This document shows, in pieces, positions 23,385 to 33,123 of a DNA stretch of 64,000 nt. How positions within the stretch are numbered: the stretch's first letter is position 1; each line of letters starts with the position of its first letter. The notes under the pieces are model-generated. The model ran no database searches, was not told the origin of the DNA, and was given only the letters and a program-made list of their open reading frames with translations. Source of the stretch: an uncultured Gemmatimonadales bacterium (GTDB lineage: Bacteria > Gemmatimonadota > Gemmatimonadetes > Gemmatimonadales > Gemmatimonadaceae); contig CAVPQB010000005.1 in NCBI GenBank assembly GCA_963707505.1, positions 4,991 to 68,990 on the forward strand. Reading direction: 5' to 3'. A program made the translations under genes and the position numbers.

Positions 23385-25694
23385 ATGAGCGAAGTACTTC
23401 CCCGTCCCGGCGATCCGGAGATAACCCCAGCGCTTGTCCGGGAGCACGGACTGACAGAGTCGGAGTTCGAGCGTATCTGCAGCATGCTGGGCCGAACGCC
23501 GACCTTCACGGAGCTCGGAATCGTGAGCGCGCTGTGGAACGAGCACTGTTCGTACAAGCATTCTCGAAACACGTTCTGCGCACGCTCCCTACCGAAGGCG
23601 CAGCCGTCATCCAGGGCCCTGGCGAGAACGCGGGCGTCGTCGCGATCGGCGATGGCGTCGCTATCGCATTCAAGATCGAGTCACACAACCATCCGTCCGC
23701 GATCGAGCCCTATCAGGGCGCCGCAACCGGTGTCGGCGGAATCCTTCGCGACGTATTCACGATGGGCGCGCGCCCGATCGCGATGCTCAACTCGCTGCGA
23801 TTCGGCTCGCTCGATAGCGCGCGCAACCGATACCTGTTCGCCGGCGTCGTCAAGGGAATTGGCGACTACGGCAATTGCGTCGGAGTGCCAACCGTCGCAG
23901 GCGAGATCGTTTTCGACCCTGCTTACGATGGCAATCCGCTGGTCAACGCAATGTGCGTCGGAATGTTGCGCGAGGACGAGCTGATCCGTGCGAAAGCCGA
24001 GGGAGTCGGTAATCCCATTCTCTGCGTCGGCGCGCGCACCGGACGCGACGGAATTCACGGCGCGTCGTTCGCGTCCGAAGATCTGTCCGAAGCCAGCGAA
24101 GCCAAACGCCCACGAGTTCAGGTGGGCGATCCGTTCACCGAGAAGCTGCTGCTCGAGGCGAGTCTCGAGCTGATTCGGAGCGGACACATCGTCGCGATTC
24201 AGGACATGGGTGCCGCCGGCCTGACATCGTCGTCCGCCGAGATGGCCGCGCGCGGCGACGTCGGAGTCACGATCGATACGAGCCGCGTCCCGGTTCGCGA
24301 AACGGGGATGACTCCATACGAGATATTGCTCAGCGAGTCGCAGGAGCGCATGCTGGTAGTGGCGCTCGAGGGTCACGAGCAGCAGGTCCGCGAGATTCTC
24401 TTCAAGTGGGACCTCACCGCCGAAGTAATCGGCAAGGTCATTGCAGGAGCCCGTGTACCGCGTGACCGAGGGAGATCGTGTCGTTGCGGAATTCCCCGGC
24501 TCCGCACTCGTAACCGAGTGTCCGCGCTACAACGTTCCCGCGGAGGAAGGACGCGAGGCAATCGCGAGACGCAGCATCGACGTCACCGCAACGGACGAAC
24601 TGGCGCAGGAAAGCGACCCGACGTGGACGTTGCTTCAGCTTCTCGCCGCCCCGACCATCGCGAGCAAGCGTTGGGCGTACCAACAGTACGATTCGACGGT
24701 GCGAACGAATACCGTGATCGGACCTGGCGGGGACGCAGCGGTGCTGCGCGTTCGTGGCACCGATCGCGCCATCGCGCTCAAGACCGATTGCAACGGTCGT
24801 TACGTCACGCTCGATCCGCGAGTTGGCGGTCGAATTGCCGTCGTCGAATCCGCGCGCAACGTCGCATGCACCGGTGCACGCCCGCTCGCTATCACCAACT
24901 GTCTCAACTTCGGAAATCCGACCCGCCCGGAGATATTCTTCCAGTTCAGGGAAGCCGTTGCGGGAATTCGCGAGGCCTGTATCGCGCTGGACACACCTGT
25001 CACAGGCGGAAATGTCTCGTTCTATAACGAGAGCCCGACCGGCAGCGTGCATCCGACGCCGGTCATCGGAATGCTCGGCGTCATCGATTCGCTCGAGCAC
25101 ATCACCCGCTCGACCTTTCGCAATGCGGGCGATGCGATAGTTCTTCTTGGCGATTGCACCGACGAGATTGGCGGGAGCGAATATCTGGCGACGATCCACG
25201 GAACGATCGGCGGAGCTGCCGCCGGCCTGCGATCTGGATCAGGAACGCGCACCTCATCGCCTCTCTTCTGGAAGCGATCCGGGCCGGAGTCGTCGCTTCG
25301 GCGCATGACTGCAGCGATGGTGGTCTGGCGATTGCTGTCGCCGAATGCATCATGGCGGACTCGGGAAAGATGCTCGGCGCGGACATCGACCTCGGCGCGT
25401 GGGATTCGCTCCCACTCCGTGCGGTGCTGTTCGGCGAAGCGCAGGGCCGCGTCATCGTTTCGTCGGGCCAGGCGGACCGCGTGCTGGAGATCGCAGCACG
25501 CAATGGCGTGCCAGCTCGGGTGATCGGAATGGTTACCGAGCTGGCGCGAAGGCTTTACGATTCGGACGGGTGGCAGAGTGCTGAAAATTGGAACCGAGCA
25601 GGCAGCGGCGGCGTATCATGAGGCTATTCCGCGCATCATGGACGCGGCACCCCAGAGTGCCGCAATCGAAGAAACTGAAGGAGTGAAGGTCTAG
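23385..25694 (+). pseudogene. purL: phosphoribosylformylglycinamidine synthase subunit PurL; frame breaks
   Basis: Contains [54 protein letters not shown] and [10 protein letters not shown]. The later parts are in ORFs 24441-25523 and 25154-25621. The hand-read tail is VLKIGTEQAAAAYHEAIPRIMD, ending at the TAG at 25692-25694. Confidence 0.85.
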
Positions 25695-27071
25695 ATGTGT
25701 GGTGTGTTTGGCATTTTCGGTGATGACCGCGCGGCATCGCTGACGCAGCTCGGGCTGTATTCGCTACAGCACCGTGGGCAGGAGTCGTGGGGCATGGTAT
25801 CGGTCAGTCCCGAAGGCGTTGCCCGGGCGACGCGCGCGATGGGACTCATCTCCGAAGCAAGCACGCGGCATGCACCGCTGGATGCGCGGCTCGCTATCGG
25901 GCACACGCGATACAGCACCGCTGGAAGCTCGACTATCGAGAACGCGCAGCCGATACTTGCGCGCTCGCGCGACGGCCACATTGCAATCGGACACAACGGT
26001 AACCTTACCAACGCGACCGAGCTGCGCAGCGATCTCGAAAACGAGGGATCGATCTTCTCATCGACGATCGATTCGGAAGTGATCGTGCATCGTATCGCCA
26101 AGGCGCCGGACGGTGCTCCCGAAGTACGCCTGGCCGCCGCGCTTGCACCGGTGGAGGGCGCGTACTCGCTTGTCGCGATAATCGGCGAGACACTGCTCGC
26201 GGCGCGTGATCCGCGCGGCTGGCGCCCTCTCGTAATGGGCGAAGTGAACGGCGCGATCGTGTTCGCGTCGGAATCGTGCGCGCTCGACATCGTCAACGCC
26301 ACTGCGATTCGCGAAGTCGCACCGGGTGAGATCATCGCCGTCGACGCGAGCGGGATACGTTCGATCTTCCCATTCGAGCGCAAGGCGTCCACCCGTTGCG
26401 TCTTCGAGTACGTCTATTTCGCACGGCCCGATAGTCGCGTGTTTGGCGGCTCCGTGGATCGTGCCCGTCGCGCACTGGGACGTCAGCTAGCACGCGAGGT
26501 TCCAGCGCCGAGCGCGGATCTCGTTTTTGCAGTCCCGGACTCGTCCAATTCAGCCGCGTTGGGATTCGCCGAACAGTCGCACCTTCCGTACGAGCTTGCG
26601 CTCATCCGCAATCACTACGTCGGCAGAACCTTCATCCAGCCGGAGCAGGCCGGCCGCGATGCCAAGGTCAAGGTGAAATACAACGCGGTACGAGAAGTGC
26701 TGGAGGGAAAGCGCGTCGTCATGGTCGACGATTCCATCGTGCGCGGCACCACTACACGTGGGCTCGTGGCGATGGTGCGCGCGGCCGGTGCGGTCGAAGT
26801 CCACATGCGCGTCAGCTCGCCGCCCGTGACAGGACCTTGCTACTACGGCATCGATACTCCCAACCGTGAGGATCTTATCGCGGCGAACTTCTCTGTCGAC
26901 GAGATAGCCAAACACATCGGCGTCGACTCGCTCGGCTACCTCTCGCTCGACGGGATGCTCAACGCCGTTCCAGATGGGCCGGAAGGGTTCTGTCACGCCT
27001 GTTTCTCCGGCGATTATCCGACACTACCGCCCACCGACCCGGACAAGCTCCGGTTCGGCTGCGGCTGCTGA
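25695..27071 (+). CDS. purF: amidophosphoribosyltransferase
   Basis: Intact ORF of 458 aa. It starts MCGVFGI (N-terminal nucleophile Cys) and contains HRGQESWG, GHTRYSTAG, VMVDDSIVRGTT and a C-terminal Cys cluster. Confidence 0.93.
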   Translation: MCGVFGIFGDDRAASLTQLGLYSLQHRGQESWGMVSVSPEGVARATRAMGLISEASTRHAPLDARLAIGHTRYSTAGSSTIENAQPILARSRDGHIAIGHNGNLTNATELRSDLENEGSIFSSTIDSEVIVHRIAKAPDGAPEVRLAAALAPVEGAYSLVAIIGETLLAARDPRGWRPLVMGEVNGAIVFASESCALDIVNATAIREVAPGEIIAVDASGIRSIFPFERKASTRCVFEYVYFARPDSRVFGGSVDRARRALGRQLAREVPAPSADLVFAVPDSSNSAALGFAEQSHLPYELALIRNHYVGRTFIQPEQAGRDAKVKVKYNAVREVLEGKRVVMVDDSIVRGTTTRGLVAMVRAAGAVEVHMRVSSPPVTGPCYYGIDTPNREDLIAANFSVDEIAKHIGVDSLGYLSLDGMLNAVPDGPEGFCHACFSGDYPTLPPTDPDKLRFGCGC

Positions 27072-27072
27072 C

Positions 27073-29748
27073 GTGACGCAGAAAGTCTTCTTCTTCGGCG
27101 GCGGAAAGGCCGAAGGGACGAAAGACATGAAGCGCACACTCGGTGGCAAGGGTGCCAATCTCGCCGAGATGACCAACCTCGGTGTTCCCGTACCGCCCGG
27201 CTTCACGATCGCCGCGACGGAGTGCATCTCGTATCTGGAAAACGGCACGTGTCCGCCGGAGCTGCGGGCCGAAGTCGAGGCGAACGTCGCGCGCCTGGAA
27301 GCAACGTCGGGAAAGAAGTTTGGAGACGCGCACGACCCATTGCTTGTCTCCGTACGTTCGGGCGCCGCGGTGTCGATGCCGGGAATGATGGAGACCATCC
27401 TCAATCTCGGTCTCAACGATCGAACGGTTGTCGTGCTCGCACGCGCGAGCGGCAGCGCACGCTTCGCGTACGATTCGTATCGCAGATTCATCCAGATGTA
27501 CGCCGATGTCGTTCTCGGCGTGCCATCCAGCGCGTTTGAGCACCTGCTCACCGCCAAGCGCATGACCGCAGGCGTCGAAAGCGATGCGGAGCTGAGTGAG
27601 GATGCGCTGCGTAATCTCACCGAAGAGTTCAAGGCAATAGTTCGCAATCAGACAGGGACACCGTTTCCGACAGATCCCACAGAACAGCTGTGGGGCGCGA
27701 TCGAAGCAGTATGGCGCTCGTGGACGCTCAAGAAGGCGCGCGACTACCGCCGAGTGAATGCAATTCCGGAAACACTCGGCACTGCGGTCAACGTTGTTGC
27801 GATGGTGTTCGGAAACCTGGGCGACGATTCCGGAACGGGCGTCGCGTTCACACGTGACCCGTCCACCGGAGAACACAAGTTCTACGGCGAGTTTCTCGTC
27901 AACGCCCAGGGCGAGGACGTCGTCGCGGGAATTCGCACTCCGATCGCCATCGATCAGATGGCCACGCGTCTGCCAGCGGCGTTCGAGCAGCTCATGGATA
28001 CGCAGGCGCGGCTAGAGCGTCACTTCTGCGACATGCAGGACATCGAGTTCACCGTCGAACGCGGCAAGCTGTACCTGCTGCAGACACGCACCGGTAAACG
28101 AACCGCAGCAGCAGCCGTTCGCATTGCGCGCGACATGGTCGACGAAGGACTGATCACGAAACACGACGCGGTACGCCGCGTACCAGCTGGACAGCTGGAT
28201 CAGTTGCTGCATCCAATTATCGATCCCGCCGCGCGCGCGAAGACGCTGTGCGTCGGACTCCCCGCGAGTCCCGGCGCCTCAAGCGGAATAGCGGTATTCG
28301 ATCCGGACATCGCCGAAGCGCGTGCGGCCGACGGCGCCGCTGTGATTCTCGTCCGCGAGGAAACGACGCCCGAGGATTTTCACGGAATCGTTGCTGCGCG
28401 CGCCGTGCTCACAGCGCGCGGTGGGATGACGAGCCACGCAGCGGTAGTCGCGCGCGGAATGGGCAAGTGTGCTGTCGTTGGCTGTCGCGACATTCACGTC
28501 GATCTCGAGCATCGTCGGTTCACTGTCGGGAATCAGACGGTCAATGAGGGCGATTACATCACACTCGATGGCGCGACTGGCCGCGTGTTCTCCGGTGCGC
28601 TTCCCACGATTCCGAGCGAGGTTGTACAGGTCACCAACGGCACGATGAGCGAGAACGCGGCGCCGCTGTACCAGGCTTACGCGCAGCTCCTCGGCTGGGC
28701 CGACGAAGTGCGCACGCTCAAGGTTCGCGCGAACGCCGATACGCCGCGCGATGCACGCATCGCCCGCAACTTTGGCGCGGAAGGGATCGGGCTCTGCCGA
28801 ACCGAACACATGTTCTTCGAGGGCGAGCGCATCAACGCGATGCGCGAGATGATCGTTGCGCGCGACGAGGCTGGTCGCCGGCGCGCGCTCGCCAAGCTGC
28901 TTCCGATGCAACGCGCCGATTTCGAGGGTATTTTCGAGGCGATGGACGGCCTGCCGGTGACTATTCGCCTGCTGGATCCTCCGTTGCACGAATTTCTCCC
29001 GCACGGCGGAGAGGAGAGCAAGCTCCTGGCGCGGACGCTCGACATCCCCCGCAACGACCTGCAGCGGATCGTCGAAAACCTGCGTGAGACCAATCCCATG
29101 CTGGGTCACCGTGGATGCCGGCTCGGCATCACGTACCCCGAAATCACCGAGATGCAGGGCCGCGCGATCTTCGAGGCCGCCGTGAAGGCCAAACGGCGCG
29201 GAATAGACGTGCGACCCGAAATCATGGTCCCGCTGGTCTCCGCCGTCACCGAGTTCGACAACCAGCGAGCGATCCTCGAGCACGCCGCCGAGCAGGTTCT
29301 GGGGGTCATGGGGGAAACCGTTCCGTACCTTATTGGGACTATGATAGAGCTCCCCAGAGCGGCTCTCACGGCGGGCGAAATTGCCAAACGGGCCGAATTC
29401 TTCAGCTTCGGGACCAACGACCTGACCCAGACGACATACGGACTCAGCCGCGACGATGCCGGGCGGTTCCTTCCCTCTTACGTAGAAAGTGGCATTTTTC
29501 CGGATGACCCTTTCCAGACTCTGGACCCCATCGGAGTCGGCCGCCTGATCCGCATTGCGGTTGAGGATGGCCGAAAGGCCCGACCGGGCATTAAATTGGG
29601 CATCTGCGGCGAGCACGGAGGCGAGCCGCGGTCGGTCGCATTCTGCCATGCTACCGGCCTTGATTACGTCTCATGCTCACCCTACCGGGTTCCCATTGCC
29701 AGGCTCGCCGCTGCCCATGCCGCTCTTGAGGCCTCCCCTGGCCAGTAG
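27073..29748 (+). CDS. ppdK: pyruvate, phosphate dikinase
   Basis: The GTG at 27073 gives VTQKVFFFGGGKAEG..LGGKGANLAEM. It also contains GGMTSHAAVVARGMG (phospho-His) and FFSFGTNDLTQ...CGEHGGEP. Confidence 0.92.
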   Translation: MTQKVFFFGGGKAEGTKDMKRTLGGKGANLAEMTNLGVPVPPGFTIAATECISYLENGTCPPELRAEVEANVARLEATSGKKFGDAHDPLLVSVRSGAAVSMPGMMETILNLGLNDRTVVVLARASGSARFAYDSYRRFIQMYADVVLGVPSSAFEHLLTAKRMTAGVESDAELSEDALRNLTEEFKAIVRNQTGTPFPTDPTEQLWGAIEAVWRSWTLKKARDYRRVNAIPETLGTAVNVVAMVFGNLGDDSGTGVAFTRDPSTGEHKFYGEFLVNAQGEDVVAGIRTPIAIDQMATRLPAAFEQLMDTQARLERHFCDMQDIEFTVERGKLYLLQTRTGKRTAAAAVRIARDMVDEGLITKHDAVRRVPAGQLDQLLHPIIDPAARAKTLCVGLPASPGASSGIAVFDPDIAEARAADGAAVILVREETTPEDFHGIVAARAVLTARGGMTSHAAVVARGMGKCAVVGCRDIHVDLEHRRFTVGNQTVNEGDYITLDGATGRVFSGALPTIPSEVVQVTNGTMSENAAPLYQAYAQLLGWADEVRTLKVRANADTPRDARIARNFGAEGIGLCRTEHMFFEGERINAMREMIVARDEAGRRRALAKLLPMQRADFEGIFEAMDGLPVTIRLLDPPLHEFLPHGGEESKLLARTLDIPRNDLQRIVENLRETNPMLGHRGCRLGITYPEITEMQGRAIFEAAVKAKRRGIDVRPEIMVPLVSAVTEFDNQRAILEHAAEQVLGVMGETVPYLIGTMIELPRAALTAGEIAKRAEFFSFGTNDLTQTTYGLSRDDAGRFLPSYVESGIFPDDPFQTLDPIGVGRLIRIAVEDGRKARPGIKLGICGEHGGEPRSVAFCHATGLDYVSCSPYRVPIARLAAAHAALEASPGQ

Positions 29749-29749
29749 C

Positions 29750-30913
29750 GTGTATTCCTCGGCAATCGCCGGCCCGAGCCTCAATCTGGCGCCACCGCGC
29801 CCCTTGAGGATCGCGCTGGTCACGGAGTACTACTACCCGCACCTGGGTGGCATCTGCGAGCATGTCCATTTTTTTGCGCGTGAAGCTCGAAAACTTGGCC
29901 ATCACGTCGACATCATAACGTCCAATCTTCCCGGCGCGGTCACGGAAAATGGCGTCATCCGGATTGGACGAAGCCAGCCGATCTACGCCAACGGCTCGCA
30001 GGCGCGAATTACGGTCGGCATGTCGCTCCGGAAGGATATGCGCCGGGTTCTGCAGGAGGGACGCTACGATATCGTCCACGTTCACTCGCCGCTGAGCCCG
30101 ATCCTTCCGATTCTTGCAATCGAGGAAGCCGACTGCCCCACCATCGGCACCTTCCACACCTATTTCGATAAATCCGTCGGGTACCAGCTCGGGCGCAAAT
30201 ATTTTCAGCGCCGGCTCGATATGCTGGAAGTCGCCATAGCCGTGTCGCACTCGACCACAATCGCTCTCGATCGCTATTTCGAAGCCGACTGGACCATCAT
30301 TCCCAACGGCATCGACATCAATCTCTTCAATCCACACGCATCGCTGCCACCGGGACTGCGTCGCGACGTTCCAGCCATTCTCTTCCTCGGCCGTTTCGAT
30401 CCGCGTAACGGGCTCACGACACTCATCGATTCATTCAAGCGCGTGCGCGGCAAGCAACGCGAGGCGCAGCTCGTGGTCGTCGGAGACGGTCCGCTACGCA
30501 AGCACTACTTCCGCGCGGCGGGCAACGATCCAGACATCACATTCGTCGGATCGGTGTTGAAGGCGCGCCCGAGTTACTACGCCCATGCAGCCATGTACGC
30601 GTGCCCGACCACCAAGGCGTCGTTCGGAATCACGCTGCTCGAGTCGATGGCGTGCGAGACACCGGTAGTGTGTTCGGACATCCTGGGTTTCCGCGACGTC
30701 GTCAAGGATGGGCGCGAGGCGCTCATGGTGCCGTGCGGAAATCGGGATGCACTCGCCGATGCGATGGTGACGCTGCTCGACGACGAGACGCTACGCACGC
30801 GGCTCGGCAAGACCGGCCGGCGCGAAGCGGAGCAGTATGCATGGCCGCGCGTCACCGAACGCGTCCTCGAACAATACGATAGCGTTCTCGCGCGGCGTTC
30901 AGCGGCGGCATGA
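29750..30913 (+). CDS. GT4-family glycosyltransferase, PimA/PIG-A-like
   Basis: The protein is collinear with my recollection of PimA: RIALVTEYYYPHLGGICEHV, YDIVHVHSP, TFHT, IPNGIDINLF, ILFLGRFDPRNG and FGITLLESMACETPVVCSD. The proposed start is the GTG at 29750, just after the ppdK stop. Confidence 0.8.
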   Translation: MYSSAIAGPSLNLAPPRPLRIALVTEYYYPHLGGICEHVHFFAREARKLGHHVDIITSNLPGAVTENGVIRIGRSQPIYANGSQARITVGMSLRKDMRRVLQEGRYDIVHVHSPLSPILPILAIEEADCPTIGTFHTYFDKSVGYQLGRKYFQRRLDMLEVAIAVSHSTTIALDRYFEADWTIIPNGIDINLFNPHASLPPGLRRDVPAILFLGRFDPRNGLTTLIDSFKRVRGKQREAQLVVVGDGPLRKHYFRAAGNDPDITFVGSVLKARPSYYAHAAMYACPTTKASFGITLLESMACETPVVCSDILGFRDVVKDGREALMVPCGNRDALADAMVTLLDDETLRTRLGKTGRREAEQYAWPRVTERVLEQYDSVLARRSAAA

Positions 30914-31596
30914 TCCTACCCGTAGCCGCCGCGGTCGCCGCGGCGGGGACGGCTGCGTACGGGGCATTTTACAGGAACAGTCCCGTCTTCGGCAGCGTCC
31001 TGCATCAGCTCCCGACATCCGACCGTGCCGTCTCGCTCACGTTCGACGACGGCCCCAATCCATACGCGACGCCGCTCGTCCTGGACGCGCTCGGCAAGGC
31101 CGGCGTCAGCGCGACCTTCTTCTTTCTCGGCAGACATGTGGAACGCTGGCCCGAGATCGCGCACCGCGCCGCCGCCGAGGGACATCAGATTGGCAACCAC
31201 GGCTACTACCATCGGAAGCTCCACTTGCGCAGCATCGGATACGTGCGCGACGACCTCGGGCGCGGCAAGGCGGCGATCGAAGCTGCATGCGCGGTGACGC
31301 CCGCGTTCTTTCGCGCACCGCACGGATTCCGCAGCCCGTGGGTCACGGCGATAGCCCGCTCGCTGGGCGAGCGCACCGTCGGTTGGTCGCTCGGTGTCTG
31401 GGATACCGATCTGCCCGGCACGGATGCGATCGTGGCCAGAACGGTCGAAGGAGCCCGCGCGGGACACATCTTGCTTCTCCACGACGGCGATGGATACGAC
31501 CCAGTTGGCGACCGGACCCAGACGGCGCACGCGATCCCGCAGATCGTCAGCAAGCTGCATGATCGCGGCTTCACATTCGCGACTTTGCCGCGATGA
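30910..31596 (+). CDS. polysaccharide deacetylase (CE4/NodB family) with an N-terminal membrane anchor
   Basis: Contains LTFDDGP, GNHGYYH, FFRAPHG and ILLLHDG (NodB motifs). The N-terminus is hydrophobic (MILPVAAAVAAAGTAAYGAFY). The start overlaps the GT4 stop (ATGA). Confidence 0.85.
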   Translation: MILPVAAAVAAAGTAAYGAFYRNSPVFGSVLHQLPTSDRAVSLTFDDGPNPYATPLVLDALGKAGVSATFFFLGRHVERWPEIAHRAAAEGHQIGNHGYYHRKLHLRSIGYVRDDLGRGKAAIEAACAVTPAFFRAPHGFRSPWVTAIARSLGERTVGWSLGVWDTDLPGTDAIVARTVEGARAGHILLLHDGDGYDPVGDRTQTAHAIPQIVSKLHDRGFTFATLPR

Positions 31597-32582
31597 ATCG
31601 CGGTAGGATCGGCAGGTGGGTTCGCCTGACGTTGTCGGCCGCGATCATCGTTCTGCTGATCCTCTTCGCGAGGAAAGTCGACTGGGGCCAGGCGTGGCAT
31701 GCGATGATAACTGCGTCGCGTCCGCTCCTGCTCGCTGCGCTCGCGGTGAACCTTCTCACCCTCGTCGCGCGCGGCGTGAGATGGTGGATTCTGCTTCGCG
31801 CCGTCGGGTCCCCATCGCTGGCTCTGTGCATGCGCGCAACGTTCGCCGGCGCGGGTCTCAACAACGTACTCGTTGCGAACGGCGGCGACGCGGCACGCAT
31901 AGTATTTGTCACGCGATCCAGCGGGGTGCCGGCGGCCCGAGTGCTGGCGACTGCGGCGCTTGACCGTCTGTTCGATCCCATCGGCTTCATAGTGCTGTTG
32001 GCCGTGGGTCTCGCGGTATTTACCCTTCCACCAGAGTTTGAAGTCCTGCGCTGGCCCGTAGTCATCGCGCTGATCGTTATCACCATCGCGCTCGTATGGC
32101 TTGCCAGAACGGCACCCGACGCGGAAGCCGAGCAGATCGTGGAGCGACGCGCGGCCCCGCGAGGGTGGCGAGCCCGGGCGCTGGCGTGGCTCCGCGAGTT
32201 CGGCGGCAGCATGCGCGAGTTGGCGACGGGGCCAAGAATCGTCCCTCTGCTCGTGTTGACCATCCTCGCATGGTTGGGTCAGTTGGCGACGTTCGTCTAT
32301 GCGGCGCGCGCAGCGCGCATACATCTGCCGGTTCAGGGAAGCCTCGCTGCGCTGCTCGCCGTCAACGTCTCGCTGGTCGTTCGCGCGACGCCTGGCAACG
32401 TCGGCTTCTTCCAGTTCGCGTACGCACTCGCTACAGCGCCGTTCGGGACGGTCGAAGCGAACGCGGTTGCCGTCGCGGTCCTGATCCAGGCACTGCAGAT
32501 CATTCCGACGACGCTGATCGGCGTCGCACTCGCGCCGGAGTTCATTTTCCGCAGGAAAGCAAAAACGCCGGCAGCGGTATGA
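31593..32582 (+). CDS. UPF0104 / lysylphosphatidylglycerol-synthase-TM-region-like (flippase-like) integral membrane protein
   Basis: A polytopic membrane protein of 329 aa with multiple hydrophobic segments. The N-terminus (RWVRLTLSAAIIVLLILFARKVDW...LLLAALAVNLL) is typical of this family. The start overlaps the CE4 stop (ATGA). Confidence 0.65.
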   Translation: MNRGRIGRWVRLTLSAAIIVLLILFARKVDWGQAWHAMITASRPLLLAALAVNLLTLVARGVRWWILLRAVGSPSLALCMRATFAGAGLNNVLVANGGDAARIVFVTRSSGVPAARVLATAALDRLFDPIGFIVLLAVGLAVFTLPPEFEVLRWPVVIALIVITIALVWLARTAPDAEAEQIVERRAAPRGWRARALAWLREFGGSMRELATGPRIVPLLVLTILAWLGQLATFVYAARAARIHLPVQGSLAALLAVNVSLVVRATPGNVGFFQFAYALATAPFGTVEANAVAVAVLIQALQIIPTTLIGVALAPEFIFRRKAKTPAAV

Positions 32583-32600
32583 CCCGCTGCCGGCGTTTTT
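32561..32600. terminator. bidirectional rho-independent terminator
   Basis: The sequence is aaaaa-cgccggcagcgg-tatgac-ccgctgccggcg-ttttt: a perfect 12-bp stem flanked by an A-tract and a T-tract. It lies between the convergent UPF0104 gene and tmRNA, and the UPF0104 stop codon sits in the loop. Confidence 0.8.
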
Positions 32601-32618
32601 GGTGTTAGTGGAAATGTA

Positions 32619-32985
32619 GGTGGAGGCGCGGGGATTCGAACCCCGGTCCGAAGCAAGATTCACCACAGCATCTACGTGCGTAGCCTTCGCTTTTTTGTCT
32701 CTCCAATCGCGACCCGGAAGGCGGGGCTACGACTGGACAAGGTTTCTGGAATTTCGCGATTAAGGGGAAACCGCCCCTAGCCACTATCCCGAATTTGCAA
32801 TACCTGGTCGGCGCGTCAGGAGCGCTCCGATTCAGGCAGGTGCAGTAACCGCTTTACAGCAGGTTACGCAGCCAGGGCCAAGTTGTCGTTGGCAGTTGTG
32901 AAGATTCCCAGATTTTTTTACGAGGTTCCAGGAACCTCGGCACGCGGCCACAGCTTCACTAACCCCGTCGAAGCCGGTCGCCCCC
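32619..32985 (-). ncRNA. ssrA: transfer-messenger RNA (tmRNA, SsrA)
   Basis: On the minus strand, 5' GGGGGCGACCGGCTTCGACGGGG pairs with 3' ...GGGGTTCGAATCCCCGCGCCTCCACC, giving a 7-bp acceptor stem with a G-U at position 3. The tag ORF GCC AAC GAC AAC TTG GCC CTG GCT GCG TAA encodes ANDNLALAA at 32864-32893. Confidence 0.93.
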
Positions 32986-33123
32986 ATAACATGAAACTAA
33001 TACCCCGCGTAAGGCCCCGGTTCCATTCCCCGCACCACGTGGAATGTAAAGCGGCACGGCTGGCCCGGACCAAAACCTCAAAACGACTTTAAATGACGGT
33101 GCCTAAATCGTTACCCCACAACA

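Noticed and set aside
29750-31596. The GT4 + deacetylase pair as BshA/BshB partners of the bshC at 49.2 kb.
   Set aside because: BshB is an LmbE-type soluble deacetylase, whereas this one is a membrane-anchored CE4/NodB enzyme. The GT4 is collinear with lipid-acting PimA rather than BshA. The pair is also coupled to a polytopic membrane protein and lies 18 kb from bshC.
31206-32666. Very long ORFs antisense to, or out of frame with, confidently identified genes. Examples are 31206-32666 (minus, 486 aa), 33259-34674 (plus, 471 aa), 47245-48789 (minus, 514 aa), 28279-29649 (minus, 456 aa), 3697-4668 (plus, 323 aa) and 26959-27876 (minus, 305 aa).
   Set aside because: These are typical shadow ORFs of high-GC DNA. 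Their composition is Arg/Ala/Ser/Pro/Gly-rich and low-complexity, with no recognisable motifs. Each fully overlaps a gene with strong family signatures on the other strand or in another frame.
32986-33123. A genomic island or integrase next to the tmRNA gene.
   Set aside because: No integrase, no phage genes and no duplicated tmRNA 3' end are visible. The flanking genes are ordinary chromosomal genes and the composition is unchanged.
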